Source: Candidatus Izemoplasmataceae bacterium
GTDB lineage: Bacteria > Bacillota_I > Bacilli_A > Izemoplasmatales > Izemoplasmataceae
Reading direction: 5' to 3'
Assembly: GCA_046538775.1 (NCBI GenBank)
Contig: JBKHIE010000001.1
Coordinates: 1 to 41,499 of the forward strand
DNA: 41,499 nt
Part shown: positions 8,637 to 17,203 of the stretch, piece after piece
Layout: every line of letters begins with the position of its first letter
How positions within the stretch are numbered: position 1 is the first letter of the stretch
Translations under genes and position numbers: made by a program
The notes under the pieces: model-generated
What the model was told of the DNA's origin: nothing
Seen by the model: only the letters and a program-made list of their open reading frames with translations
The model's database searches: none

Positions 8637-9076
8637 TTAACGATATCCAAACACTCATGATCATCATCTGGTTTGCGGTCATTCTCATTGCCGCGTTCAT
8701 TGAAATCACAACCCTGGACCTTACAAGCGTCTGGTTCTCAATCAGCGCCGTGATTTCTTTCTTCCTCGCCATATTCGGTGTTCCAGTCATCTGGCAGATC
8801 CTGGCTTTCATCATCATTACGACAATCCTCTTATTAAGTGTGCGTCCGCTTGTCAAGAACTATTTCCGGACCAACATTGTCGGTACGAACGCCGACGCCC
8901 TTGTGGGGAAGATCGGAATGTGCACCAAAGAGATCGTCCCGAACGATCGTGGCGAAGTGAAGGTCGATGGGAAATACTGGACCGCCATCGCTTCCGGGAA
9001 TGAAACCATCCATGTCGGGGACAAAGTCGAGATCCTGGCCATCGAAGGCGTCAAACTCATCGTGGTGAAAGCATGA
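8633..9076 (+). CDS. NfeD-family membrane protein (short form, no protease domain)
   Basis: Three N-terminal TM helices followed by a C-terminal OB-like segment, GKIGMCTKEIVPNDRGEVKVDGKYWTAIA...GDKVEILAIEGVKLIV, typical of short NfeD proteins. Confidence 0.85.
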   Translation: MINDIQTLMIIIWFAVILIAAFIEITTLDLTSVWFSISAVISFFLAIFGVPVIWQILAFIIITTILLLSVRPLVKNYFRTNIVGTNADALVGKIGMCTKEIVPNDRGEVKVDGKYWTAIASGNETIHVGDKVEILAIEGVKLIVVKA

Positions 9077-9747
9077 ATCCAGCCGGCGGCATACTCTTAC
9101 GCAGAATTGGAAGTTTCATCATCGACATGCTCGCCATCGCCATGATTGTCAACTTCACATTTACAATGATATCGGGTCCTGTGATCCAGGAATACATCGG
9201 TTACGAAGAGGGCATGCTTTCAGGGCTCGTCAGCGAATCCGATGAATACACGGACCAACGCGAAGCCTACGAAGACAAGCTTGAGAACGATGATTCCTAC
9301 ACCGAAGAGGACTTCGAAGAGGACATGGAAGCGCTCGATCAGGAATACAACGACCGCAACCGGATAGCCATGACCTACATCTATTGGACCATTTTCTACC
9401 ACTTTGGCCTGACAACTCTGTTATACTATGTATACAGTGGCATCATGAAAGGTCAGACTTTCGGGCGTCGTCTGCTCAAGATCTACATGAGCGGACACAT
9501 CAACTGGTGGACCCTATTCATGCGGGAGGTTCTTTGGAAGTCATTCTTCTGGGTCTTTATCGGCATTCTCGCTTCGTCCGTCTTCAGTATTTCATTTCTG
9601 ATCCAGTCATTCTTCTGGATCATACTCCTGCCTCTGGGCATATGGATCGATGTCTTCATGATCCTCTCCACACGCGACAAGAAAACACTCAGGGACAAGC
9701 TTTCAGGCACACGGATTCTTTTCAAGGATATCATCTATCCTTTCTAA
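9073..9747 (+). CDS. RDD-family membrane protein with a long acidic loop
   Basis: R..D at the N-terminus (RRIGSFIIDML), GQTFGRRLLKI, and a C-terminal LRDKLSGTRI, which together make the RDD signature. About 45 acidic residues lie between TM1 and TM2. The start overlaps the NfeD stop (ATGA at 9073-9076). Confidence 0.8.
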   Translation: MNPAGGILLRRIGSFIIDMLAIAMIVNFTFTMISGPVIQEYIGYEEGMLSGLVSESDEYTDQREAYEDKLENDDSYTEEDFEEDMEALDQEYNDRNRIAMTYIYWTIFYHFGLTTLLYYVYSGIMKGQTFGRRLLKIYMSGHINWWTLFMREVLWKSFFWVFIGILASSVFSISFLIQSFFWIILLPLGIWIDVFMILSTRDKKTLRDKLSGTRILFKDIIYPF

Positions 9748-9778
9748 TCAATAATTCAAATCCAAGGAGGAACCGTTC

Positions 9779-10783
9779 ATGGAAACATTTGGCATCATTC
9801 TAACCGTTGTCATCATTATCGTCATCCTGGTTTATCTCGGAACCCGCTTCACCATCGTCACTCAGGCGAACCGTTTCATTGTCGAGCGTCTCGGTGGCTA
9901 CTACGCCACATGGGATGTCGGGATCCATTTCCTCATTCCTTTCATCGACCGCGTGAAACTCAAAGTGTCGATCAAGGAAAAAGTCGTGGACTTCGATCCG
10001 CAACCCGTTATCACAAAAGATAACGTCACCATGCAGATCGATACGGTCGTCTTCTTTCAGATCACCGACCCGAAACTCTACACCTACGGTGTCAACTACC
10101 CCGTAAAAGCGATTGAAAACATCACTTCGACCACGCTTCGTAACATCATCGGGGACCTAGAACTCGATGACTCCCTCACCTCAAGGGACTACATCAATGA
10201 AAAGATGCGCAACATCCTTGATGAAGCGACCGACCCCTGGGGCATCAAGGTCAACCGGGTCGAAGTCAAGAACATCATTCCACCAAAAGACATCCGCGAA
10301 GCGATGGAAAAACAAATGCGCGCAGAACGTGAAAAGCGTCAATCCATTCTTATCGCCGAAGGGAACAAGCGTTCAGCCATCCTGAATGCCGAAGGTGAGA
10401 AAGAAGCCCGCATCCTCCGCGCCGATGGTGAGAAACAGACTAGGATCCTTGAAGCCCAAGGTCAGGCAGAAGCCATCCGTAGCGTCCAAGAGGCGACCGC
10501 GAAAGGTATCGAATTCATCAAGAACGCCGGTGCCGATGAAGCATTCCTCCGTCTCGAAGCGTACAAAGCGATGGAAAAAGTCGCAGACGGCAACGCCACC
10601 AAACTCATCATCCCCTCAGAACTCCAAGGCATCGTCGGTCTCACCTCCACGCTTTCTGAAGCGTTCAAGAGCGAAGCGTCCCTTCCTAAAGATGAAGCGA
10701 CCAAGCTCCGTGAACAGACCGAATCTGAAAAATCCAAGAACGCCTACAAGAAAAGCGAACAGAAAAGAAGCTCCGACAAATAA
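9779..10783 (+). CDS. SPFH/band-7 stomatin-like protein (QmcA/slipin type)
   Basis: N-terminal TM anchor, an SPFH core (IVERLGGYYATW...VITKDNV...FFQITDP...), a coiled-coil region of the AEREKR..AEGEKEA..AEGEK type, and a charged tail. AAGGAGG lies 8 nt before the ATG. Confidence 0.92.
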   Translation: METFGIILTVVIIIVILVYLGTRFTIVTQANRFIVERLGGYYATWDVGIHFLIPFIDRVKLKVSIKEKVVDFDPQPVITKDNVTMQIDTVVFFQITDPKLYTYGVNYPVKAIENITSTTLRNIIGDLELDDSLTSRDYINEKMRNILDEATDPWGIKVNRVEVKNIIPPKDIREAMEKQMRAEREKRQSILIAEGNKRSAILNAEGEKEARILRADGEKQTRILEAQGQAEAIRSVQEATAKGIEFIKNAGADEAFLRLEAYKAMEKVADGNATKLIIPSELQGIVGLTSTLSEAFKSEASLPKDEATKLREQTESEKSKNAYKKSEQKRSSDK

Positions 10784-10788
10784 CCATC

Positions 10789-10815
10789 AAAAAAGGCTCC
10801 CGCGGGAGCCTTTTT
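10789..10815. terminator. bidirectional intrinsic terminator between the SPFH gene and asnS
   Basis: GGCTCCC-GC-GGGAGCC hairpin (10795-10810) flanked by A6 and T5. Confidence 0.75.
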
Positions 10816-10825
10816 CATTGGATAC

Positions 10826-12205
10826 CTAGAATTCACAGTGGTTCGGGGTTCTTGGGAACGGGATGACATCGCGAATGTTCGCAACACCGGTCACATACAT
10901 GAGCATGCGGTCGAAACCGAGACCATACCCGGCATGTCTGGTGGTGCCGTATTTTCTCAAATCGAGATACCACCAGAGTTCCTCTTCCGCTACGTTCATC
11001 TCCGCCATCCTTCTTCTTAACACATCAAGCCGCTCTTCACGCTGGGAGCCGCCGATGAGCTCGCCCGCTCCAGGCACCAGGAGATCCATGGCCGCGACGG
11101 TCTCACCGTCGTCATTGAGACGCATATAGAAGGCCTTGGTGCCTTTGGGCCAGTCGGTCACAAAGACCGGGCCGCCGAAATGCCTGACCAGGTATTTCTC
11201 GTGTTCGCTCGCGAGGTCACCAAGGGCATCCGGGGTGTTTTCGAACGTCTCTTTAGAAGCTTTAAGTATTTCAATCGCTTCGGCGTGGGTGATGCGTTTG
11301 AAGGCGGCGTCCTTTAAAGATTCCAGCTTATCCTTGAGGCCTTTTTCCACGAATTTATTAAAGAATTCAATCTCATGCGGGGCTTTATCCATGACTTCTT
11401 TGATCAGGTAACGGACCATGGCTTCCGCCAGGTCCATGTCGGCTTCAAGGTCGGTGAACGCCATCTCCGGTTCCACCATCCAGAACTCCGAGGCGTGCGT
11501 CGTCGTATGGGAAGCCTCGGCCCGGAAGGTCGGTCCGAAGGTGTAGACATGCTTGAAGGCCTGCGCAAACGCTTCGGCCTGGAGCTGCCCCGAGACGGTC
11601 AGATTGGCCTTCTTGCCAAAGAAGTCATCCTCATAAGGGGCTTTCTTTGTCTTGAAATCCTCGGGTTTCAGAGTGGTTACGTTGAACATCTCGCCAGCGC
11701 CCTCGGCATCGCTTGAGGTGATGATCGGGCTCGCAAGATGAATGAAGCCCTGTTCTTCAAAGAACCGGTGGATGGCATGGTGGAGGATGCTGCGGACACG
11801 GTAGACGGCGGTGAAGAGGTTCGTCCTCGGACGCAGGTGGGCGTTCTTCCTTAAAAACTCCCGGGAATGCCGTTTGGGCTGAATCGGATAGTCTTCTTCA
11901 CTCACACCCTCGACGGTGATCGCGGTCGCCTTGATTTCAAACGGCTGGGGCCTGGTCGGTGTCAGTACGACGCTCCCCTGGATGCGTAAGGCCGACCCGA
12001 TCCGTAGACGCTTGATGGCATCGAAATTGTCAAGGGTCTCTTCGTAGACCACCTGGATGGTCTCAAAGAAGCTTCCGTCGTTCAGGTTGATGAATCCGAA
12101 CGCTTTTTGGGGACGGTGATTTCTCACCCATCCGGTCAGTTCAACGGTTTGTCCATCCATGGCCTGATGGTTCTCGTACAATGCCCTGACTGTGGTTTTA
12201 ATCAT
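10826..12205 (-). CDS. asnS: asparagine--tRNA ligase
   Basis: OB-fold N-terminus (GWVRNHRPQKAFGFINLNDGS), class II motifs (FRAE, GAGELIGGSQRE, GLGFDR) and a C-terminal FPRTP...EF. GGAGGT lies 7 nt before the ATG. Confidence 0.95.
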   Translation of the reverse strand: MIKTTVRALYENHQAMDGQTVELTGWVRNHRPQKAFGFINLNDGSFFETIQVVYEETLDNFDAIKRLRIGSALRIQGSVVLTPTRPQPFEIKATAITVEGVSEEDYPIQPKRHSREFLRKNAHLRPRTNLFTAVYRVRSILHHAIHRFFEEQGFIHLASPIITSSDAEGAGEMFNVTTLKPEDFKTKKAPYEDDFFGKKANLTVSGQLQAEAFAQAFKHVYTFGPTFRAEASHTTTHASEFWMVEPEMAFTDLEADMDLAEAMVRYLIKEVMDKAPHEIEFFNKFVEKGLKDKLESLKDAAFKRITHAEAIEILKASKETFENTPDALGDLASEHEKYLVRHFGGPVFVTDWPKGTKAFYMRLNDDGETVAAMDLLVPGAGELIGGSQREERLDVLRRRMAEMNVAEEELWWYLDLRKYGTTRHAGYGLGFDRMLMYVTGVANIRDVIPFPRTPNHCEF

Positions 12206-12223
12206 TTTCTTTACCTCCTAAGA

Positions 12224-12436
12224 ATAAAAAAACCCCGTGGTCGCAAGGACGAGTGGTCGCGGTACCACCTTGCTTCACAGAGTGCGCTCTAGCCTTTAAC
12301 GCAGGCGTACGGATGGGTCTACTCGATTCTTCCATCTCTCCCGGTGTTGTTCATCCGTCTGTCTTTCTCCGGCTTGCACCATCCCGGATTCGCTTCAAAG
12401 AGGAAGGCGGACTACTTCTCCGTTCAACGATTTACA
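12224..12436 (-). promoter_or_regulatory. T-box leader (Asn specifier) of asnS
   Basis: On the minus strand the T-box core GGTGGTACCGCG is at 12270-12259. An antiterminator can be drawn as GCAAGG [UGGUACC bulge] GCGA-CCAC-UCGU CCUUGC. A distal-loop-like GGUGCAA is present. The specifier context is GGAUGAAC-AAC-A-CC, with AAC at 12338-12336. A U7 tract is at 12230-12224. Confidence 0.85.
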
Positions 12437-12441
12437 TGTTC

Positions 12442-12469
12442 ATTATACCGTGTCCCTGTCTTTTGTCAA
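12442..12469 (-). promoter_or_regulatory. putative sigma-A promoter of the asnS T-box leader
   Basis: TTGACA (12469-12464), 16-nt spacer, TATAAT (12447-12442), read on the minus strand. Confidence 0.6.
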
Positions 12470-12590
12470 TTATTAGTCTCACCATGCCTTTCGCCTTAAC
12501 AGGGTTATTGTCTTTTAGGGTATTTGTTGATACAGTATAGGTGTACCGTCCTGAACCGTTCCCGGCATGACATTTCAAGGGGTTCCTATC

Positions 12591-13241
12591 ATGGATTTTC
12601 AAAAAAACGCATCCTCCGTAAAAAACAACCGCTTGTCTGCGGCAACATTGGATTTCATCATTTTCGTGTTCATCACCTCTACCGTCAGTATCTTTTTGAT
12701 TGTTTTCATCCGACTGGATGCGTTCCTTGATGCCCCCATCCACATCTTTCAACAAAATCCAAAACTGTTTGCAATCATCACGACCCTCACCAGTCTAGCC
12801 GTAGGCATATGGTATTACGGTGTCACTCCGACTAGGAACAAAGGACAGACCCGTGCGAAGAAATACTACCATGTCAAGGCGGTCGATGCCCATGGCCAAA
12901 ACCCTTCACTGGCTGTTCATTTAAAACGGGCCATCATGCTTTACAGTCATTACGTAGGCACCCCTTTACTGCTTTTGATTCTGACCGGTTTCAACCTTTA
13001 TGACACCCTCGACTTCTTACTGGATTTGATCTCATGGGGAATCGTATTGGTCTCTTTGGTTTTAGTGTTCAACAGGTCGGATGCAAGAGGTCTGCACGAC
13101 ATGATTGCGAAGACTTACGTTGTGGATGAACACTTTTCAAAGGAGGGGCAAGTAGAAAGCCCTACTAAGAAGAACGATTCCACGGCCATCGGCTACGATG
13201 CTTTCGAAGACAAAGACCCCGGGTCTCAAAACCACCCTTGA
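12591..13241 (+). CDS. RDD-family membrane protein (paralog 1)
   Basis: RLSAATLDFIIF...GQTRAKKYYHVKAV...RSDARGLHDMIAKTYVVD gives the RDD signature, and the protein is multi-TM. ATG at 12591 is preferred over 12567 by alignment with the neighbouring paralog. Confidence 0.8.
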   Translation: MDFQKNASSVKNNRLSAATLDFIIFVFITSTVSIFLIVFIRLDAFLDAPIHIFQQNPKLFAIITTLTSLAVGIWYYGVTPTRNKGQTRAKKYYHVKAVDAHGQNPSLAVHLKRAIMLYSHYVGTPLLLLILTGFNLYDTLDFLLDLISWGIVLVSLVLVFNRSDARGLHDMIAKTYVVDEHFSKEGQVESPTKKNDSTAIGYDAFEDKDPGSQNHP

Positions 13242-13287
13242 AACTTATATGAACCTTTATACTATCCCATTCTAAGGAGTGAATACC

Positions 13288-13944
13288 ATGGATAAACAAA
13301 CGAACGCTGCCTCCGTAAAAGGGCAACGCCTTGTTGCGGCCATCGTGGATTACCTCATCTTCCAGCTCTTCGCCTTCATCGCAGGCTTGGTCTTGATTCC
13401 CTTTATCGGAATCGATGCCATCATCGAGGCTTCGCTCAGCGTCCTTGAAGGCGGGGAGGCCAATGAGGATTTCATTCAGTTCACCGTCATCACCACCCTC
13501 TTCAGCATAGTCATAGGCGTATTCTATTATGGCGTCATCCCGGCGAAGAAGAAAGGCCAGACTATCGGCAAGATGTTTTTTCATATCAAGGCCATCGATG
13601 AACAAGGGGACAACCCTTCACTGGCCGGCCATCTGAAACGGGCGATCATGCTTTATAGCCTTTACTTGGGCACGCCCGCCCTGCTATTGATCCCGACCGA
13701 TTACGACGCCTACGCAAGCACCAACAGTTTATTGAGTTTCCTCACCAGCGGTGCAGTCCTGGTCTCCTTGATTTTATTGGCTACCCGTAGCGATGCGAGG
13801 GGGCTGCACGACATGATTGCGAAGTCTTATGTCGTCGACGAGCGTTTCGCCACCGATGGTCAAGAAGAAGCGGTCAACGAAAAAGAGGACCCTCTGGATT
13901 TCAACTACGACGCGTGGGAAGACAAGGACGATCCCTGGTCCTGA
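13288..13944 (+). CDS. RDD-family membrane protein (paralog 2)
   Basis: RLVAAIVDYLIF...GQTIGKMFFHIKAI...RSDARGLHDMIAKSYVVD. AAGGAG RBS precedes the ATG at 13288. It is clearly paralogous to 12591-13241. Confidence 0.8.
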   Translation: MDKQTNAASVKGQRLVAAIVDYLIFQLFAFIAGLVLIPFIGIDAIIEASLSVLEGGEANEDFIQFTVITTLFSIVIGVFYYGVIPAKKKGQTIGKMFFHIKAIDEQGDNPSLAGHLKRAIMLYSLYLGTPALLLIPTDYDAYASTNSLLSFLTSGAVLVSLILLATRSDARGLHDMIAKSYVVDERFATDGQEEAVNEKEDPLDFNYDAWEDKDDPWS

Positions 13945-13956
13945 GCGATACCCGAA

Positions 13957-14003
13957 CAAAAACGGCTTCACATACCCTTTAAAAGTATGTGAAGCCGTTT
14001 TTT
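13957..14003. terminator. bidirectional intrinsic terminator between RDD paralog 2 and prs
   Basis: Perfect 14-bp stem AACGGCTTCACATA / TATGTGAAGCCGTT (13961-13974 / 13986-13999) flanked by A-run and T-run. Confidence 0.8.
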
Positions 14004-14013
14004 ACATTGTTTT

Positions 14014-14982
14014 TTAATCGTCGTTTGCAGGTTCGAAGAGGCTCGACAGCGGACGATCCATGATGATGTTCAATATCCCTTGTCCGATCAATGACGAGAT
14101 GCTCAATTGTTTGATCTTGGGGGATTTCTTATCGTCCGTCAATTCGATGGTGTTGGTGCATACCACTTCCTTGATCGCACTGTTTTCTATCCGTTCGATG
14201 GCCGGGGGGGATAAGATCGGGTGGGTGCATGCGGCGTATACATCCGTAGCTCCGGCGTCTTTCAAGGCCTGGGATGCCTGGGTGATTGTGCCGGCGGTAT
14301 CAATCAGGTCATCAATGATGATGGCGACTTTTCCCGATACCTCTCCGACAATGCCCATGACTTCGACCTCATTGGCCCTGGGACGGCTTTTATCGATGAT
14401 GGCGATGGGGGCATGAAGCGCATTTCCCATCTTGCGTGCCCTGACCGCGCCGCCATGGTCCGGGGATACCACGACAATATCGTCGCTGTTGAGTTTCTCA
14501 CGGAAATAATCGACCAGGATCGGCATGCCTCGGAAATTATCGACAGGGATTTCAAAGAATCCTTGGATCTGACCCGCATGCAGGTCCATCGAAATCACAC
14601 GGTCCGCGCCGGCGGTCACTATGAGATTCGCGACCAGTTTCGCTGAAATCGGCTGTCTCGAAGAAGCTTTCCTGTCCTGACGGGAATAGCCGTAATAAGG
14701 CATGACCACCTGGACGGACTTGGAAGATGCCCGTTTGACGGCGTCGATCATGATGAGCAGTTCCATCAGGTTCTCGTTCACAGGAGGGTGGGTGGGTTGA
14801 ATGATGAACACATGATGCCCTCGGACTGTCTCCTCGATGTTCACTCCGATCTCCCCGTCCGCAAAGCGTTTCACTTCACAGTGACTAAGGGGGATGCCGG
14901 TATAATCCGAGATTTCTCTTGCAAGGGTCTTGTTGGCACTAAGTGAGAAGAGTTTCACTTTCTGACCATCAAATATTGCCAT
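14014..14982 (-). CDS. prs: ribose-phosphate pyrophosphokinase
   Basis: [16 protein letters not shown]-terminus, the PRPP-binding loop [11 protein letters not shown] and the GY(S)RQDRK motif. ATG at 14982 is chosen over the TTG at 15000 from the typical Prs N-terminus. Confidence 0.95.
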   Translation of the reverse strand: MAIFDGQKVKLFSLSANKTLAREISDYTGIPLSHCEVKRFADGEIGVNIEETVRGHHVFIIQPTHPPVNENLMELLIMIDAVKRASSKSVQVVMPYYGYSRQDRKASSRQPISAKLVANLIVTAGADRVISMDLHAGQIQGFFEIPVDNFRGMPILVDYFREKLNSDDIVVVSPDHGGAVRARKMGNALHAPIAIIDKSRPRANEVEVMGIVGEVSGKVAIIIDDLIDTAGTITQASQALKDAGATDVYAACTHPILSPPAIERIENSAIKEVVCTNTIELTDDKKSPKIKQLSISSLIGQGILNIIMDRPLSSLFEPANDD

Positions 14983-15052
14983 ATGTTTAATTGCCTCCAA
15001 AGAGTATTTTCACTTTCATTATACGTAAAATGTTCCATAAAAAAAAGGATAT

Positions 15053-15088
15053 AACCAAAAGAAAGTGCAACTTTTTCAAGTTGCACTT
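15053..15088 (-). terminator. intrinsic terminator after spoVG
   Basis: 9-bp stem AAGTGCAAC / GTTGCACTT (15063-15071 / 15080-15088), followed on the minus strand by a UCUUUUGGUU tract. Confidence 0.6.
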
Positions 15089-15093
15089 ATCCC

Positions 15094-15360
15094 TTACGCT
15101 TCTTCCGTTTCGAGATTTTCATACGCTTCAATCACTACTGATTCAATCCGATTTCGTGTTTCCTGATTGATGGGATGCGCGACATCCTTGAATTCACCGT
15201 TGGGCATTTTACGGCTGGGCATAGCTACGAACAAACCGTCTTTCCCGTCGATGATACGCAACTCATGAACCACGAAACAGTCGTCAATCGTGATAGCCGC
15301 AATAGCTTTTAACCGGTTATCGCTATTGAACTTTTTGACTCTCACATCAGTGATTTCCAT
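15094..15360 (-). CDS. spoVG: septation/regulatory protein SpoVG
   Basis: MEITDVRVKKF...LKAIAAITIDDCFVVHELRIIDGKDGLFVAMPSRK is a near-canonical SpoVG sequence. Confidence 0.93.
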   Translation of the reverse strand: MEITDVRVKKFNSDNRLKAIAAITIDDCFVVHELRIIDGKDGLFVAMPSRKMPNGEFKDVAHPINQETRNRIESVVIEAYENLETEEA

Positions 15361-15405
15361 CTGTCTCCACCCCGCAATTTTGTCTCTGTTCCACTTATAG
15401 TTTGG

Positions 15406-15434
15406 ATTATATCACATGAATATAACCTTTTCAA
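15406..15434 (-). promoter_or_regulatory. putative sigma-A promoter of spoVG
   Basis: On the minus strand: TTGAAA (15434-15429), 17-nt spacer, TATAAT (15411-15406), with TG one base upstream (extended -10). Confidence 0.55.
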
Positions 15435-15463
15435 ATAAATTTGACAATTGTTTATGCGCTTGA

Positions 15464-16306
15464 TTAAAGGGTTTTCGTCAAATGCACGGTGTTTGTATCA
15501 CGGTATTTGTCCGCAAGCTCTTTAAGCAGGTGCGCATTTTTATCAAAAACAACCAACGTAGGGCCTGAACCGCTCATCAGGACGGCATCGGCGCCTTCGG
15601 TCTTCAAAGACTCCTTGAGTTGTCTTATCTCAGGGAACAATTCAAAGCTGAAAGGTTCCAGTGCGTTATGAAGATTGCGGACAAGAAGTTCGTAGTTCTT
15701 ATTGTAGATGGCGTTGGTCATTGTCGTGATTTTCACATTCTTGACCTTGTCCATATCGACCAGGTCATACACTTGTTTCGTACTTACTTCAATCGGGGGT
15801 GTGACCAGCAGCACCGGCATCTTCAAGTTGCGCTTCAAGAACAAGAGTTCCTCCCCTTTCCCCCTGGCTATGCAAAGACGGTTGTGGACACAAAACGGAA
15901 TGTCCGCCCCGAATGTCACCCCGATATCCGCGAGTTGATCGAGCGAGAGTTCCAGATTGAAAAGACGGTTCATCCCTCTTAACGATGCCGCCGCATCGGC
16001 GCTACCGCCGGCAAGGCCTGCCGCAATCGGGATGTTTTTCTCAATATGGACATCCACACCCGTTTCAATCAAATACGCATCCAACAAGTGACGGACGACC
16101 TTGTAGACGAGATTGTCCTCGACATTTTCAGTGATTGGCTTCTCGGAGTGCAGGACGACTTTTTCGTCGCTCCGCTTGGAGAATGACAACGTATCGTGGA
16201 GCTTCAACGAGACCATGATCATCTCAAGGTCATGATAATTGTCCAACCGCTTCCCCAGAATATCAAGAAAAAGATTGATCTTGGCATGCGCTTTTTCCCT
16301 AACCAT
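15464..16306 (-). CDS. ispE: 4-diphosphocytidyl-2-C-methyl-D-erythritol kinase
   Basis: AKINLFLDILGKR N-terminus and the GHMP kinase motif PIAAGLAGGSADAAA. Confidence 0.9.
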   Translation of the reverse strand: MVREKAHAKINLFLDILGKRLDNYHDLEMIMVSLKLHDTLSFSKRSDEKVVLHSEKPITENVEDNLVYKVVRHLLDAYLIETGVDVHIEKNIPIAAGLAGGSADAAASLRGMNRLFNLELSLDQLADIGVTFGADIPFCVHNRLCIARGKGEELLFLKRNLKMPVLLVTPPIEVSTKQVYDLVDMDKVKNVKITTMTNAIYNKNYELLVRNLHNALEPFSFELFPEIRQLKESLKTEGADAVLMSGSGPTLVVFDKNAHLLKELADKYRDTNTVHLTKTL

Positions 16307-16339
16307 TGACTCCGCCTCCCTTTAGTTTCACGTGGAACA

Positions 16340-17203
16340 TTAGAAGAATTCTTGCCTTATCCTTTCACTCAAATAAAGAAAATCCTCTACCGTGAGCCCT
16401 TCTGCACGAACACTTTCCTTATAACCATGGTATGACAAAAACGCCTTTAAATCTTCCTTAGGCAGATCATAGGCCACATGAAGATTATTGACCAATGTCT
16501 TTCTTTTCTGTTTGAATGCCCGTTTCACAAAATCGATGAATGCATCTTCGTTTTCCGCAGGCCGCTTGTCTCTAGGAATGATGTCCATGGTCACGACCGC
16601 ACTGTCCACATCAGGAGAAGGCATGAAGACCGTTCTGGGGACTTTGAACGCATACTTCGTTTTTGTCTTGTATTGAATCATGACACTTAATGCATTGTAT
16701 GCCTTGGTGTTCGGTCTCGCACTGAGGCGTTGCGCCACTTCGTTTTGCATCATGAAGACAAGCCTCTTCAGTCTGGTTGTGTTCTCCAGGCATTTCATGA
16801 TCACGGGGGTCGTGATGTAGTAGGGAAGGTTTGCGACTACGATGACATCGTTGACCGGCCCGAATACCGATTTGATGTCATCATCAAGGTGGGCTTTTAG
16901 AAAATCCTTCGTTTCAAGTTCGAAGCCTTTTTCACCCTCGAACATCTCAGAAAGCACTTCGGTCAGATCGGTATCGATCTCATAGGCCAGGACCTTATCG
17001 CTGGCTTTTAGGAGATAGCGTGTCAGACTCCCGAGACCGGGTCCGATTTCGATCACCGGAGTCCCCGGCTCGATGTCGGCAGTCTCGATGATTCTTCTGA
17101 GTATATTATCATCCAGAAGGTAGTTCTGACCAAATCGTTTCTTCGTATTCAGACGGTTTGCACGGAGGGTATCACGAACGTGATTCTGTGTGGATTTTTT
17201 CAT
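16340..17203 (-). CDS. rsmA: 16S rRNA (adenine1518/1519-N6)-dimethyltransferase
   Basis: KKRFGQNYLLD, the SAM motif VIEIGPGLGSLT, and NLPYYITTPV. Confidence 0.93.
   Translation of the reverse strand: MKKSTQNHVRDTLRANRLNTKKRFGQNYLLDDNILRRIIETADIEPGTPVIEIGPGLGSLTRYLLKASDKVLAYEIDTDLTEVLSEMFEGEKGFELETKDFLKAHLDDDIKSVFGPVNDVIVVANLPYYITTPVIMKCLENTTRLKRLVFMMQNEVAQRLSARPNTKAYNALSVMIQYKTKTKYAFKVPRTVFMPSPDVDSAVVTMDIIPRDKRPAENEDAFIDFVKRAFKQKRKTLVNNLHVAYDLPKEDLKAFLSYHGYKESVRAEGLTVEDFLYLSERIRQEFF

Noticed and set aside
12432-12755. 107-aa minus-strand ORF overlapping the asnS leader promoter and the first RDD gene
   Set aside because: It overlaps a better-supported plus-strand RDD gene and the T-box promoter, and it has no RBS.
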